A stretch of 64,000 nt of DNA from Takakia lepidozioides. Taxonomy: Eukaryota; Plantae; Bryophyta. The stretch spans positions 53,382,001-53,446,000 of the forward strand of contig CM060731.1 in assembly GCA_030704615.1 (NCBI GenBank), read 5' to 3'. How positions within the stretch are numbered: position 1 is the first letter of the stretch; every line of letters starts with the position of its first letter. Positions 49,501-63,158 of this stretch are shown here, in pieces. A model generated the notes under the pieces. It saw only the letters and a list, made by a program, of their open reading frames with translations. It was not told where the DNA came from and did not search any database. A program made the position numbers and the translations under genes.

Positions 49501-50657
49501 ATTCTCATACTCCCCACGGAAGAGTACACAACCACGCTCACAGGCATGAATCATCGTGTACTGCAATCCCATCTTGGCAATCATGGTTTTTGCTTCATAG
49601 TGAGTTTTCGGCAATGAATTCTCTTTAGGCAAAAAACTCTTACGCAACAATCCCAGAAGCTCATCCACAAATGCATTGGTGCACTTGTGGGTAGTGCATG
49701 CGTTCAGCAACGTCAAAGTTGCTTGCAGCCGGCTGATGGAGCACCCTTCAAAAAGTGGACATTGCGACTATCGGAAGAGTTTATCATACTCGGGATCAAC
49801 GTGCAGGTGAGCATTCTCATCAAATTCATTGTCTCCGGAATCGTCGAGATCATCGTCATGATCGGCAAATGTGTGATCGGTTCCACCATGAATGGGGTCC
49901 TCTCTGTTTGCATCTGCAAAGAGAAACGCTTCCTGCAATGCACGCTGCATTTCTACCTCCAATCCACCACTCTCATCTGCGTTCTCTGTGACATTGGGCT
50001 CCCGCTGTGCCGCAGGGCCTTCGTCTTCATCATCTGAATATTCACATCCCTGCATCCCAATAGTCATCTTGTGAGTGGACCAACAACGATGTGACACTTG
50101 TTCATATTATGACATAGGAGGCACGGTGACGTTGCAGTGATGCAGTCATATTTACGTATGTATCTTATGAATATACACCCAATCAAAACACGACATTTGT
50201 AACCATTGAAGTCATAGTTGCAGTCACTTACTTAGTCATATATGACTACATGACTACACATGACCAATGAAAACACGACATGTGCATTAATTAAAGTGAT
50301 AACGGAAGTGGCGTAGTCATAGTCACGTCTGTATCTTATGACTTCTTGACTACAATCACCCAACGAAATGTCGACATGTGGAGAAGAGGATCGTTGCATT
50401 CAAAATTCAAACTAAAGTGCTGAAGGGAAAGTGGCGATCTTACCGGAAAGAGAACAGCGTTGGAGAAGAGGATCCCTCCCGTGTATCATGTAATGATTCC
50501 TCACTGTTTCCAACAACAGTACTTTTCCTCCATGACACTCATCGCAGTTGCATAGCATTTTTGTATGCCCATTCCTTGTGGCATAAGCTTCTTCCATTCG
50601 CCATAGACGGTCATCTATTCTACGCCTACGCATCCGTTCGCCACCTGCACTGTACAT
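46503..50657 (-). pseudogene. CACTA TnpD-type transposase (transposase-associated domain, Transposase_21, DUF4218, DUF4216), spliced, at least one frameshift
   Basis: MLCNCDEC..VRNHYMIHG, IHACERGCVLF, LALDGVNPY, MWSIHDYPAYG, DAMHCEKN, GMKSHDYH, RWMYPMER, PFVFPGQVDQVFF. Confidence 0.92.
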
Positions 50658-50782
50658 GCTTTGAACGTCACCCCTTCCCTCTTTGCATGCTACGCACAGT
50701 GCATTGTCTCTAGTTTTGCACCAGCTGCCAATGTGCTATTTCTATATCTATAGTATACTATAAGTATCGTTTCTGAGTGTCC

Positions 50783-53700
50783 ATGGTGAAGCGGAAGGTC
50801 TTCGAAGTGACAGTCCCTCTCACTGAGTACGAGAAGTTCCGAGAGCGCCGGATTGCTGCCATAAAGGAGGTGGAAGCAACGTTCAAGCAGTCGATAGATG
50901 GGTGAGTTTAGTTCCTGACTTTGGATACCCACCCACTAAACTTGCGATTCGCCTTATCCTCTAACCTTCCTACAGCGATCATAAGCTTCATAGCACAAAT
51001 GGGGGCGAGTAGCTGCGACTTGTACAAACAGAGAGGCAAACAACATGCAGTGAGTGACGATTAGGTTTGAGGAGGGTGTGTCATTAGGCGGGAGATGTCC
51101 GCCGTCATTCGTGGGCAGCCATTACGTCCTGGTAGGGTGCGGCTGTGGTTCAGCGTAGGCTTAAGAGTATTAGGGTATGTATGCTTGCATTTGTTTGTGA
51201 TTGTTTGAGAGGGAGGTCATGGAGGTGTTTGTGCAGGCTTGCGGGAGCGAATCGCCCTCGCAAGCCACGCGCTCCGAAGGAAAAAGCTAGGGATCAAGGT
51301 CCTGCAAGGCAAAGTGCCAGACTGAAGACGATGAAGACTACGATTCTGCATGAGGGCTCTTCTGAGGACGATGAGGACGATCCACTCCTCCCACGCCAGT
51401 GCGAGGCGAGTGCGTCGTCGGCGGATGCCACGGCAAGCCGAGGAGAACATGCCCATGCTCATGTCGCAGGACAAAAACGCCCATCATCTACACTACGAAC
51501 ACCTTCTCCGTCTGTGAGTTATAGTTCTTCACAATGACCATGATTCAAATTATGTATGTTTTTGGTAAAATCACGAAGAGATAGGGTATGGTAAGATCAT
51601 GAAGAGATAGGGTATGTCTGTCAAGACAGGGAAGTTGGACAATGCAGGGGTCAGCCAAGGCACAATCACAAATGATTTCCACTAGACAAGTTGAAGTGCC
51701 AAAGGCATGATGTCAGGCCAATGTAGACTTCAGGTGTGTTCAAATTCTTTGCCCCATGAAACCAACGTCCTGGTACTAAGCTACAATGGCTACTTATAGA
51801 GATACTTGGGTTACTTATGCACCCAGAATATCAGTAAAACTTGGAGGGATACTTCTCATGGACCCATCAGGTTTGTCCATTTGAATTCTTGCTATGGATT
51901 TCAGGAACACCCCATACCTAAGAGGGCTCAAAAATGTACTGGGAGGACATCATTGGGGCCAATCAAATTTGGGAGATTTACTGCCCAAGATCATACTGAG
52001 TTTTGGGTAATCTTGTCTTTACAAATGATATGTGCTTCCAGTTTGTTATATTGAATTCAAGGATTTGCTGCTTGCTGCCTATATGTATGTGTAATCACCC
52101 ACATTGTACTGGGGGAATTTCTTTTCAGGGCAAGCACAAGCGCACTGGATCCACGATCCCTGCTGCTAGCAATGGAGATGGCGCCCACAAGAACGCAGGA
52201 GGTGGCCCTAACTCTCCCAACGTTGTGGGTTCTGTGCCACCAGTACCCCCACCTTATTATGGTATGCCTCAGTACCCACAGTCTGGCACTCAGTATGGTC
52301 AGGGTCAATATGGTGCTCCTCCATATGGGCAGTATGGCCAGTATCCTCCTCCACCATATTTGCCACCCCCTAATAGCTATGGGGGTGGCAGGCCACCGGA
52401 ATATCCTCCTGCTTATGGACAGTATGGCCAGTATGGTCCTCGGCCTTCTGGCCAACAGCCATGGCCACCAGTCCCTACTTGGCAGGATCCTGCTTTGAAT
52501 TCTCCTGAGCGCACGGAGGTCTCTGAAGGAGGGGAGGGTGCCGTTTCAAAGAATGATAGAACCAATGCTTTAAGGAGGGCTAATAGCTCAGCCAAAATTG
52601 AAGCTGCCAAGGTGAAGGAAGAGAGAATAGCTGCAGGTCTTCCTCCCACGGTGATTTTGACGAACCTCAAAGGAGCCCCGTATGGTCAGACCCGGAATGT
52701 ATGGCACGCTGCCCTTAAAGGACAGGCTTATCGCAAGCTAGATTGTTCCCTTGCCATCAACAACCAACCTGATGAAGTTGTATACGAAATCAGAGATCAC
52801 CTGGCTAAGCTATTTTCATATACGCCACACGAGTTAAAAGACTTCCACCTAAAACAAACAATTGGCAGAATAATGAAGAGCCAGCGTTATGAAGCACACA
52901 CTGCGTGGTTGGGTGGTAAGGGGAAACCCATTACTGTATCTGACGAGGTATGGAACAAGCTTGTAAGTTACTGGCAGACAGAGGTGTTCCACAAAGTGTC
53001 GGGCAACATGAAGAAGGCAAATGGTGCAATTTTGAATCCTACCAAGACTGGCCGTGGTGGGAAGGCAATGGTGGAAGCACGCTTGGTAAGTGGCATCATC
53101 ACGACTCTGTATTTTGTTCCTCATTGAATTGCTATGTGTATATAGTCAGCCCTCACATTGCTTACTGACTTGTGGCATGGGTTTGTTTGTGGCATGGATT
53201 AATTTGTAGGAAACACTATCAGGGTGCCCTCCTACATTATATGAAATTCAAGAGGGTTCAGTGTCACGGTTGTCAGCTGGGAGTGACAGGCGGGTAAGTG
53301 TGTTTTCCACGTTTGCTAGAGTGGTTGCTGCATCATAGGTTGCTAGGGTTTTTTTCACGGCTTTTGGCCTGGGTTTTCTTTCCAATGGTTGTTCATGCTA
53401 GGTTTTTTTGGTTTGATTCATACTTGGGCAAGTTTTCATGGATTGGCAGGAGGGAAGTCTCGCATATTCTACAGTAGTTGGCAGGATGGATGGCTTGGAC
53501 AAACTGGTGGAATCACAAGGACGTGACATGGCAGAATTAAAATTACAGATGCAGAGTATGATTGAGTACCAGAAAGCCATTGTGACCAGATTGGGGATTA
53601 ATCTACCAGGCGCAGGACCAGTGACATCTACGATGGATACGTCTGCTGTGACAGTATCAAAATGTTTGGAATCCCAATTTCAGACGGTAACTGGTGCTCA

Positions 53701-55377
53701 CTCTAAGCCCTTATGTCTTCCTGTCACTGATGATCTTTTGAATTTGACCGAGCAGCAGCAGGATACAGGGAAGGCCAGCTGTGAGGTACACGTGGAAATT
53801 CAGCCCTTGCCACGTACAAAGGCAGTAGCAGTCCAGGGGGCAATGGTGACAGAGCCGCCGGGCACACCGGATTCTGGTATGCAGGTATGTGGGAGTTTAA
53901 ATGGGGAGGAAGATGCAGACGGGGACAAAACAAACAAGCAGGTTGCTTTAATTTCTCCTGCTCACATGTTGAAGCCAAATATCAGTTTACTTCCTGGACC
54001 AACGAGGAAGCATTTACTAATTCTGGACTTAAATGGTCTGTTATGTGAATCTTTTCATTCTGCTAATGGGCCTGCATCCCTTCCCAAAGGTTTTGTGGGG
54101 AAGATGTGTGGCAAGAAGATGGTAGTTTTGAGACCACGCTGTTATGACTTTTTGCAAAAGTGTTTTGAACACTTTGAGGTGGCGGTGTGGTCTTGTTGCC
54201 AAGCTCGCAACTTCTTCCCAATGGTGGACTATATTTTTGCAGCCCACACTAACCTGGTTTTCCAGTGGGATGCCCTTCACTGTGACGAGGATCCAGTCCT
54301 CCCATGCCGTAAGGGGTCTGATTCAAAGCCATTATATTTCAAGAACTTGTCTACAGTGTGGGCAGACTGGCCAGAATGGACTTATGAGGACACTGTTCTT
54401 GTTGAGACACACCAAGAAAGGCGGCAAACAATCCTCCCTTCAGTGGGATTTTTCCAGAGCCATGGAAGGTGCAACCAGATTCACCAACTGATGAGTATCT
54501 AACAGAGGTGTTGTGGCCTTTCTTGTGGAAGGCATCGAAAGCTGCCAGTATTCCCAAGTTTTTGGAGTCTCAGCCTGTTTTCGGACAACAACCATACAAC
54601 ACTGCTACTGTGAAGGTACAAACATTCTGACAGTGCTCCAGAGGCTACATTTTTGTGGGTTCATTCATTGCATTGCTTTCCTGGATGCTTCTCCTCGGTT
54701 GCTTGATTAATGCTAGGTTTTCTTTGCAGCTTTTCATGTTGGCTTTTTTTGTTTGATTCATACTTGGATTTTGTTTCTATTCACTATTCATGTTTGCTCA
54801 TTGCTTTCCTGGTTGTTCTCTGGTCTGTGACACAGGAACTTGTGACAAACAAAGGTGATATTGTCGACAAGCCGGTACAGACGAGGGGCAAGAGTGTCGA
54901 CCCGGCGAGTAGCCCCCCAAAAGAGGTCTCACCACCACTGGAGACTGCAAATGGAGTAAGTCCAGGCGTTGTCTTGTTTGTTTTATTTTTTCCAACCTTG
55001 GGGCTCTCTTTAACTCGCAAATGTTGAGTGTCCTAGTCGTGTGTATGTCATGGGTTTTCACATCGTGTTCTTTTTTGTGTGGAGTTGGGATCACAGTTCA
55101 GGGTGGGTGACGAGGTTCGGCTGTTGGATGTGAACTCCAAACGCAAGAAATGTGGAGTAGGGCTGATTGTTGCTCTTCAAGGTGCTGTGGTGGGTTACGG
55201 GTACCCTGCTGTGCCCTTGATTATGCCTGTGTGTACATCAAAGAGGCATGTGTCAGTAACACCCCTCTACCATATGTGAATGGTGTTAGGAAACAGACCG
55301 AGTTGGGGCAGGTGGTTGGCCAGACAACACTTTGGAGTCTAAAGTTACTGAAACTTATGGAGCTGCGGAAGGGATAG
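50783..55377 (+). pseudogene. CACTA second (TnpA-like) multi-exon gene including an FCP1/NIF-like domain
   Basis: ATG at 50783 (LTEYEKFRERRI). Putative exons near 51237-51510, 52129-53085 (WNKLVSYW..KTGRGG, Transposase_24-like), 53449-54620, 54836-54955 and 55098-55377. Exon limits are approximate. Confidence 0.6.
54003..54560 (+). pseudogene. FCP1/NIF-like HAD phosphatase domain
   Basis: RKHLLILDLNGLL, VVLRPRCYDFLQKCFEHFEVAVWS, YFKNLSTVW, DTVLV; frameshift near 54410. Confidence 0.8.
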
Positions 55378-55929
55378 TCAGTATTGCACTGTTTACCAGA
55401 GTTCTTGATTCTAATAGCACTAGAACATACTAGCTACAACAATTCAGCCCATGTGTGGGCTTGCTTGTTTTTGGCTGGGCCTTTTGAGGCATGGATTTTT
55501 TGACCTTGTGGCTTTTGAGGTGTCCATTGGGATATTGGTCTCATTTGGATTTTTGTAATGTGATTTATAGGGCTTGTATTGCCCTGTAGTTGACTATTTT
55601 CATTCTCCTTGTGGTTGATAGTATGCAGGAGGGATCCATTCTGTTTTCATGTTGGAATTTCACCATGTAATGAAGATTTTAAATCATTTAATTCACTTTC
55701 ATTTTAAATAATAATATTAAAAAAATACCATTAAAAAAAATCCAAGGCTGCAATCTCCCTGTTCTTTTAAATATTAAATGAAAACTAAAAAATAAAATAT
55801 GAACATTAAAAATATAAACTATTCCGGAAAACAATCTTGATGACACGTGGCATCACTCTTGCTCAAACCAGAACACGTGGCAGTATATGACACGACATTC
55901 TTTATCCATATTTTCACCACGTGTAAAGA

Positions 55930-56530
55930 TCCGTAGTCATATATGCTAGTCATATATTTTGTCTGTGTGCCACATGTCACATCTCAAGTGCAACAGGTGT
56001 CCCGCTAACAACTCTCCATGTAGACATCCCTGTAGTCATATGAGCGAGTCATGTAGTCACCACGTGTGAAATCTGCCATAGCACACGTGTCTCGCTAGCG
56101 CCTCTCCATGTAGGCATCACTGTGCAGACATGTAGTCATATGATCATGGCAAGAAGTCGTGACATGTCAAATTCGCAGTGGCGCACGTGTCCATCCGTCG
56201 CCTCTCCATGTAGGCATCACTTTGCAGACATATAATCATATGATCCCCTGACGAATGCATGACGTGTCGCTTGCGCAGTGGCGCACGTGTCCCGCTGAAG
56301 CCTCTCCATGTAGGCAGCGCTCAACAGACAATGTAGTCATATATTAGTCATATAGTTGTGACTGCAACCCTCTCTGCAGCAGGACTCCAGGTGCCACGCA
56401 AGCAGTCACGAATATGACTTGCAAAACGCAGTCCTAAAGACTAGTCGCTATGACAGGGTTTTTTTCACTACAGAGTGATGTAGTCATGAACGCATATAAG
56501 ACTGAAAAAATAGTCATATGTGAAGTCATA
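55930..56530. repeat. CACTA subterminal repeat array including ~100-bp tandem units
   Basis: cacgtgtc..cctctccatgtaggca..cagaca..tagtcatat is repeated about 4 times. Confidence 0.8.
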
Positions 56531-56552
56531 AAAACGCTCATCTGTTATAGTG

Positions 56553-59500
56553 TTCGCTGCTCAAGTGCAAACTTGAAAGTAAACCAGTTCTTCATGAAAG
56601 GTGTTCCTCTCTCTGGCTTTGCAGTCTTGGAGATATTTGCTCTGACTTTTACCCACTCATAAAACACTTGAATGATTGACATGATGTAAAAGCCACACTC
56701 CCAGCTGAATGGTTGTTGGGGCACATCAGGCGCGTGGAACTGAAATGCTTGGACAATCTCATGCCACTCTGGTGAGTCCATCGAGTACCCTAAGCACTCA
56801 GCATGAAGCTTCCGAATCCACCCTATAACAAATGGACATTTATGCGAGTCCCTGATAGAGTTCAGGTGAGTGTAACAGCCCTTGCGGAGGTCGATGATAC
56901 AAACACTCCAGTGCCCCCTGCAATGGTATCAAACAACATGGCGTCATTGCACAATCATGATGGGTAGACTCAACAGACTGACACTCAGCAGACCGACCAC
57001 TCAACAGACTCAGCACTCAGCAGACTCAATCTTCAAACCCAGTCCACTGCACAAATACAAAGGTCAACTTAATCGCTCAGAATCAAGATGACACTGCGAA
57101 ACCAGACTATGACTCAGGAGACAGTCTCAGCAGACTCGGAAGAGTTCTTACTCGTCCCCAATTGGCACCAAAATGAAATCGCACTCTTTCAAGTCCTTGC
57201 CCAGTCGTTCAGTGCTGAGGCAACCTTTCAAGACCTCTAGAAGGCTTTCACGTTGCCCAACCCCCAATGACTTCAACTCCTTTCACGTCAACGTTGGAAG
57301 AACAGCAATAGTGTTGGTGAACGCAGCCTCAACCGACTTCTCATAGAATCGACACCACAGCTCCAGGAGTCTATCTGTGCACTCCGACTCAACCTTTTGG
57401 AGCGTCTTTATGTCATCCGGCGACAGTCCGCATTCAAACCGTGGGTCCCCTTCAAAAAACATCAGCATGGAATTACCCGCCTTCACGTGTAGAGCATGTG
57501 CTTTGCCAAACCGAGCACCCATCCTGCACAAAGCAGACCATCCTTCGGGAAGCCTCATGTACTGAACAGACTGACGTCAACATGGTACCAAACACTCTAC
57601 AAGCTGACAATTCATCAGACTGACAAGACTAACCACAACAGACAATGATGAAACCAGCAGCAGACTGACCAACGTGCAGACTGACCACAACATAGCGCAA
57701 AGCACTTAACGACAAAGACAGACGAGGAGACTGAGCACAGTACTCACCTGTGCTGCTCCAGGAAACGACCCACATCTTTGTCCATGTCCAAGGCCAGCTT
57801 GCGGTTCTTGTTCATAAAGACGCCAGACTTTTTCTTCGCCGGTCTCTTGGTACTCGGACCCTCCTCGACCTCCTCAGCATGGTCCACAACAGTCCACTTC
57901 TTGGCTTTGCCTCTCCCCTGGGAAGCAGGGACAGCTGTAGGCGGGCTCGATAGAGCAGACAAACGCAGCTCTGCCGCCCTACTTCGCAACAGAGGCTGGT
58001 CAGCAGGTTTGTTTACACTTGTTGGACCTGTCTTTGCAGCTTCGTGGGTCGCATGCGTAGAACTGACCCGCGTATCGGGGGGCATGCTCACCCTCACACC
58101 TTTCTTGGTTGTCGATCCCACGTTTGCAGCATGGGTGGAAGATGTCATGTCCTCAGAAGTAGACAGTCTGCCGACGGAGGGACGAACATCCTGTGAGGAT
58201 ACCGAGCAAAATGATGAATTAGCCCAATTTTACAATGTGCTAAAACATAAACAACAGTGCTGAAAGAGGAAATGACACAACCTGCCCAAGGGGTGAGGGA
58301 GCATACTCCATGTAATCCAGCGCTATACCAGACGGTGTCTGCGCCGCATGTGGTTCCTTGTCAGTGTGTCTGCCAGCATGTTCAGTCTGTTGCTCAATGT
58401 GGGCAGTCTGCTCGGCCGCCGGTTCTTCGTGAGTCCTTCCCTCTGTGAAGTGTGCAGTGTGCTGGTCAGGCTATGCAGTCTGAACTGTGCAGTCAGAGCT
58501 GAGCTGTGCAGTCAGCCGCTCCGAGCCATCCTAGTCAGTCCTTCCATCTGTGACCTGTGCAGTCTGCTGGTTAGTCTGCAGTTCAGTCTGCTCATCAATG
58601 AAGACAGTATGCTGCCCCGCCACAGGTTGCTCGGCAGTCCTTCCATGTGTCCACTGTTCAGTGTGCTGGTCAGTCTGGTGGACAACCGGCTGGGTGTTCG
58701 GATCTCCATGGACTTGGGAAACATCAAGAACATGTATGGAAGACCCACCAGCAATTGCTTCATCAGACTCTTCTGTAAGATCTATGATACGGTTTTGGCA
58801 ACAATCTGCTCATGACATGAAGAACTGACTAAGCATGGCCAGAACAACAGATAGAATGAGTAGAAGTGATCCGGCCTATTACTCGGGACGGTCTGGTGCA
58901 CATGCTCGGTCTCCAGCACTTGGGCAGTCTACCCACATGTGTCATGGGAAATATGTTGTTGGACATTCTTGTGGCCAGTCTGCTGGACAGTCTCCCGAAC
59001 TCCTTATAAAGCCAGGACAAGGTCCCTTGCGCCTCTGGCAAAAGAGTCGAAAGCAGTCTGCACTTGCTTGTCTCCCAAATCAACTCGCCCTGCAACACAT
59101 GTTTATGCAAATGTGAACTTCTAAAAAAGTTGGCAAAAGAAATTGAGCTGAAACACGAAAGTTGCCCATAACATTTTACCTTCCAAGAGATTTCCAACGA
59201 GGCCAATGTCCTTGATTTTCCGGCACAGGCATGCTCCATCGAGACGAGCAATGGCGCCGATGCGGTCTTCAGTTGGGATCCCACACCACAGGACTTTGAA
59301 GACATTGGGATTCTGCAATACCAACAGAGGTCGCATGACCCAAGGAAGCATCTGCCCAGAGGGTTCCATTTGCTGAATGGGCAGCACCTGTAGAGACGTC
59401 ACAAGTTGCTGGCGTGACTCGTAAGCCAATGCAAGAATTTAAGGTCAGCACACACACGGATTCAACTGATTAGAATGAATAGGGCTCGCTCCATCACCAA

Positions 59501-61260
59501 TGCAAACCAGTGCAATGCGTCATCCACCACAAACTTCTGTGAATGGTCTGTTCCATGGAGTAAGTCCATCCTCAAACTATGCAGATCCTTCATCAACTTG
59601 TTGTATGAGCGGAAATTGCCAAATTGCATCCATTTGTGTTGTAGGAAGGAAGCTGCCATGCGCTTAAAGTCCTCCTCAGTCAATCCGAACAAGTGCTTTC
59701 TTCGCACCCCAAAGGTTGGATGTACCATAGGCATATGTCTGAGGTCTTCAGGCCGTGGGTCATCCATGAGAATCAGCTGCACAAGTAGAGGCGGCGCATT
59801 TTGGTCGCTTGTGGCTTCAATGGCAACAACAGAGGCGGCTTCTGGAACATGGTTGGCTTCCTCAATAGAAAACTCCATGGAATAATGAAAGGGTACAAAC
59901 CGGCGGTCCGCAACAATCCGGTGGAGCTCATTATGCCAATCCAAATGGGGATTAATTTCTCCCACCCTAAGCCGGGGAAGTGTGAGGTCTTCAGCTCCGG
60001 GTTGAATTACCGGTGATGGCGATCGCCAAACTGCAAAAAGCACTGTGCTATGTGAGAGAAAGGCAATCTGCTGGTCCACAGTCTGTTGGATGACAGGACT
60101 TCCCATTGGCATGGGCTGCATGATGGGCTCTTGGAGAGGAGTCTACAGGATGACAGGCTGCTGAACGGGAGTCTGCTGGATAACGGCCTGCTGAATGGGA
60201 GTCTGCTGGATGGCAGACTCGGCTGTCCCAGACGCATTCCCCCCCGACGCGTCTTGAATATGTAATGCCGCTATAGCAGCAGATGACCCAGGATACTTCA
60301 ATAATATGTACTCTCGCACGCGGTCCACTTTCGCACGCACTGCAGTCGCTTGTAAAGGAGCATCATTGCTAGGTATCCGCCAAGCCTGAATGGCCCTACG
60401 AATAGAAACACGTTCACGGCAGAGAACTTGGACGTCAGGAACATGGACGTGGACTCTATATTCACCTCATGCAGCGGACTGGACTCACAGACCAGCAGAC
60501 TGTAACATGCGTACGTAGGGTGGAGGCAACTAGTAGACTATACCAGTGGACTGGACCAGCGGACTGACAAACGGACTCAGTAAGTAATGCAACGATATAA
60601 AACAGACTAACTGACAAGCGGAGTGAGCCAGCGGACTGAGGAGACAACGCAGCGGACTGACCAGACTGAATAAGACGTGACCCCGATGATGGACTCAAAC
60701 AGCACAGAGAACAGACTGGGCGGTCAGACTGACCATTACCTCCTCTACTTCATCATCGTCATCTCATTGCAACGGTCTCCTTGCAACCCATGTCAACACA
60801 ATGCCGATTTAGTTGGATTTTGTCCTTGATAACCTCTTCACAGAAGGGACAGAAGAGCTTGTCCTTTTGCCAATTCGAGTTTTTGGGCTTCCGGGCGCGG
60901 AGGTCTACAAATGCTTCCACTATTTTATGATCAAACTTGTCTGGTGAGTACCAGTACCTTCGCTCCTTCTTCAGTCTGGTTTGGTGCACAAAATCCACCC
61001 AGTCCGCTCCACCCTTTTCACAAGCATCCTCCATCGCTGCAGAATGAAACGAAGGTGCAAGGACAATGAGCGACAGATAGAAGTCCTATGAAAAGACTCA
61101 CCCTAAGCAAGAAGAGGACACATAATGGAATGGAAACACCGCAGCAAGTGAGAACCTCACCGAGCCGATGAACTTCGAGTTGTTACGAAGGCGAGCGTGT
61201 TTGCAACGCTTCGCGGCTCACCGCGACTCTCCACACCTGGGGAAGAACGGTCGTCTTTCA
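56553..61260 (-). pseudogene. MULE accessory multi-exon gene ending in a Ulp1-like (peptidase C48) domain, interrupted by the CACTA element
   Basis: CDFILVPIGDE|GHWSVCIIDL (His; 57150-57185 and 56890-56918), HLNS, and VPQQPFSWECGFYIM (Gln/Cys; about 56680-56725). Upstream minus-strand ORF blocks with splice signals extend to about 61260; limits are approximate. Confidence 0.7.
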
Positions 61261-62763
61261 TTACGGTGATGGAAACGCAAAGAGGAAAACAAAACAGTGC
61301 AAAACAGTGCGAAGAAACAGGCGCGAAGAGAATGGAGTCGATCGCACAGGGAACATGAGAAGAAAGTAGAAGTAGAAGGGGGAAAGCGGGCATGGCACTG
61401 CCAACGTGGCGCGATTTCACACGCGCCAACTATCCGCCGTCATCGCATTGAATACATCCACCGAACGAATGCATCGTACTAAATTCATCCACGGTCCTTG
61501 CAAGTGCAGCAGACTCATTTCCCATCGGGCCGAGAGTCCACCGGACCGCCAGTCCAACGGACTATTCGCTTTGCTGAGGCGAAGCGGCTTCATATTGGAG
61601 GCACTTCCCTGCCAGCAGAATGAAGACAAAAGAGAGTAAGGGGAGAACAGGAAAGTCGAACAGACTCGCGGCACAACAGACTGATGCATGCATAGTCCAA
61701 CAGACTGATATCCATAGAGGAGAACTGTCCAGCAGACGGACGTTTCGCCAGACTGGGGGAGAACAAGCCAAAAGACTGACCGGAGGGAAAATAAGAAGTC
61801 AAACAGACTTAGTGCAACAAACTTCCGACACAACAGACTGACAAATTCACAAGTGTGACAGACTGATATCCCAACAGACGGACTTCCAGCAGACCGCCTC
61901 CAAACTAACTGTTATGCACGCGATAAGGGGAATATCCGGAGCACTGACGGGCCAATGGACCCACTGTGAATAGACTCGCGACACAACGGACCTCAAACAT
62001 CTACGCGCATTTGCAGATGCAATTGTCTCAGCCTGGTCCGTCTCCTCACAAATGCGACAATGTACCGATTCTGCACCTACTCCCGTCGTGGCTCAGACAT
62101 CTGCATTCAGCATGTGTGTGTGGATGTTTGAGGACCTTACGACTGGATGGTGTTCCGTGACGACTCGAATTGCTTTTTTGTGCTGCCATCCCTTATATAA
62201 TACCATGTGGATCCATCACAAAGCTGGGTTTCTTCAGATTCTCCACCCTTTTCCACAACTTATGCACGACGGATGCAAGCCGCTATACTTGGTCACATAA
62301 ACAGTCCCATCGTCCGATACGAAATCTGCAATACACGCCCCCATGTGCATACGCTTCCACCATTTTCGCGCCCATGTTACCCATGGGTTCATTTAACAAA
62401 CTGTGAAGGCTCTCATGAGGGATGCAGTACGAAGGGGCTAAACGTATCATGACGGATCACAAGCAGAGGACGTTATCGACGACAGATGTCCGCATTTTCC
62501 ATATTTATGACATAGAACCAAACCATAAAATGAAGGTTCCCGAAAGCACAACAAGAAGGCAAAAATAGTGGAAGCATATGCACGATGGTGGCTGTAGTGC
62601 CGAGACAGTCCTCTCATGTTCAAGTACACGCTTCATCATCATCAAGAACATCGTGCGCAAAAGAAGAACAGTCGCGTGCATGGAAACGCCTACCGCAACA
62701 TCGGACAACAAACAGCCGTCAAAAGAGAGCGGCCGGGATTTGGTGGGAAGATCATTGCCATTT

Positions 62764-63158
62764 TTGCAGCCCTAAAAATGGAGGGCTTGGATGGGTTATG
62801 GGAATGGACAGTGGCGATCCTGCGCCGTCAGCGGACTGGATGGCAGGGGACTGGCCAATGGACTGGCAGGCAGACTGGCGGACTGGCAGACTGCTGGGCA
62901 CCGGACTGGCCAGCACCGGACTGGCGGGCAGACTGGCGGACTGGCAGACTGGAGGGCAGCAGACTCATGGGCGGGGGACTGGCCGCGCGGCGAACGGGGG
63001 CGCGGGCGCGGTTGCTGCAGCCGCGCCCGCGGCTGGGCGACCACGCGCAACGACGGGCGAGGCGGGCGGGGTGCTGGGGAGCCGGGCGTCCGTGCGCGGG
63101 GCCCACCGGCCACATCGCACGTGCCCATTGAAGACCCTATTATCTTAAAATGAGAGGC
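62764..63158 (-). repeat. Right TIR
   Basis: Reverse complement of 41188-41607 with small indels. Confidence 0.92.

Larger units (their letters stand above)
43869..56552. mobile_element. CACTA (En/Spm) transposon nested in the MULE
   Basis: 3-bp TSD TTC (43866-43868 and 56553-56555). TIRs CACATCAAGAGATGAGCGTTTTTAGGACT and CACTATAACAGATGAGCGTTTTTATGACT match at 24/29. ATGACTA/TAGTCAT subterminal repeats. Confidence 0.9.
41188..63158. mobile_element. Mutator-like (MULE) element with ~400-bp TIRs, SWIM transposase remnant and convergent Ulp1 gene
   Basis: Long inverted repeats at 41188-41607 and 62764-63158; flanks tgctat / tgttat. Confidence 0.85.
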
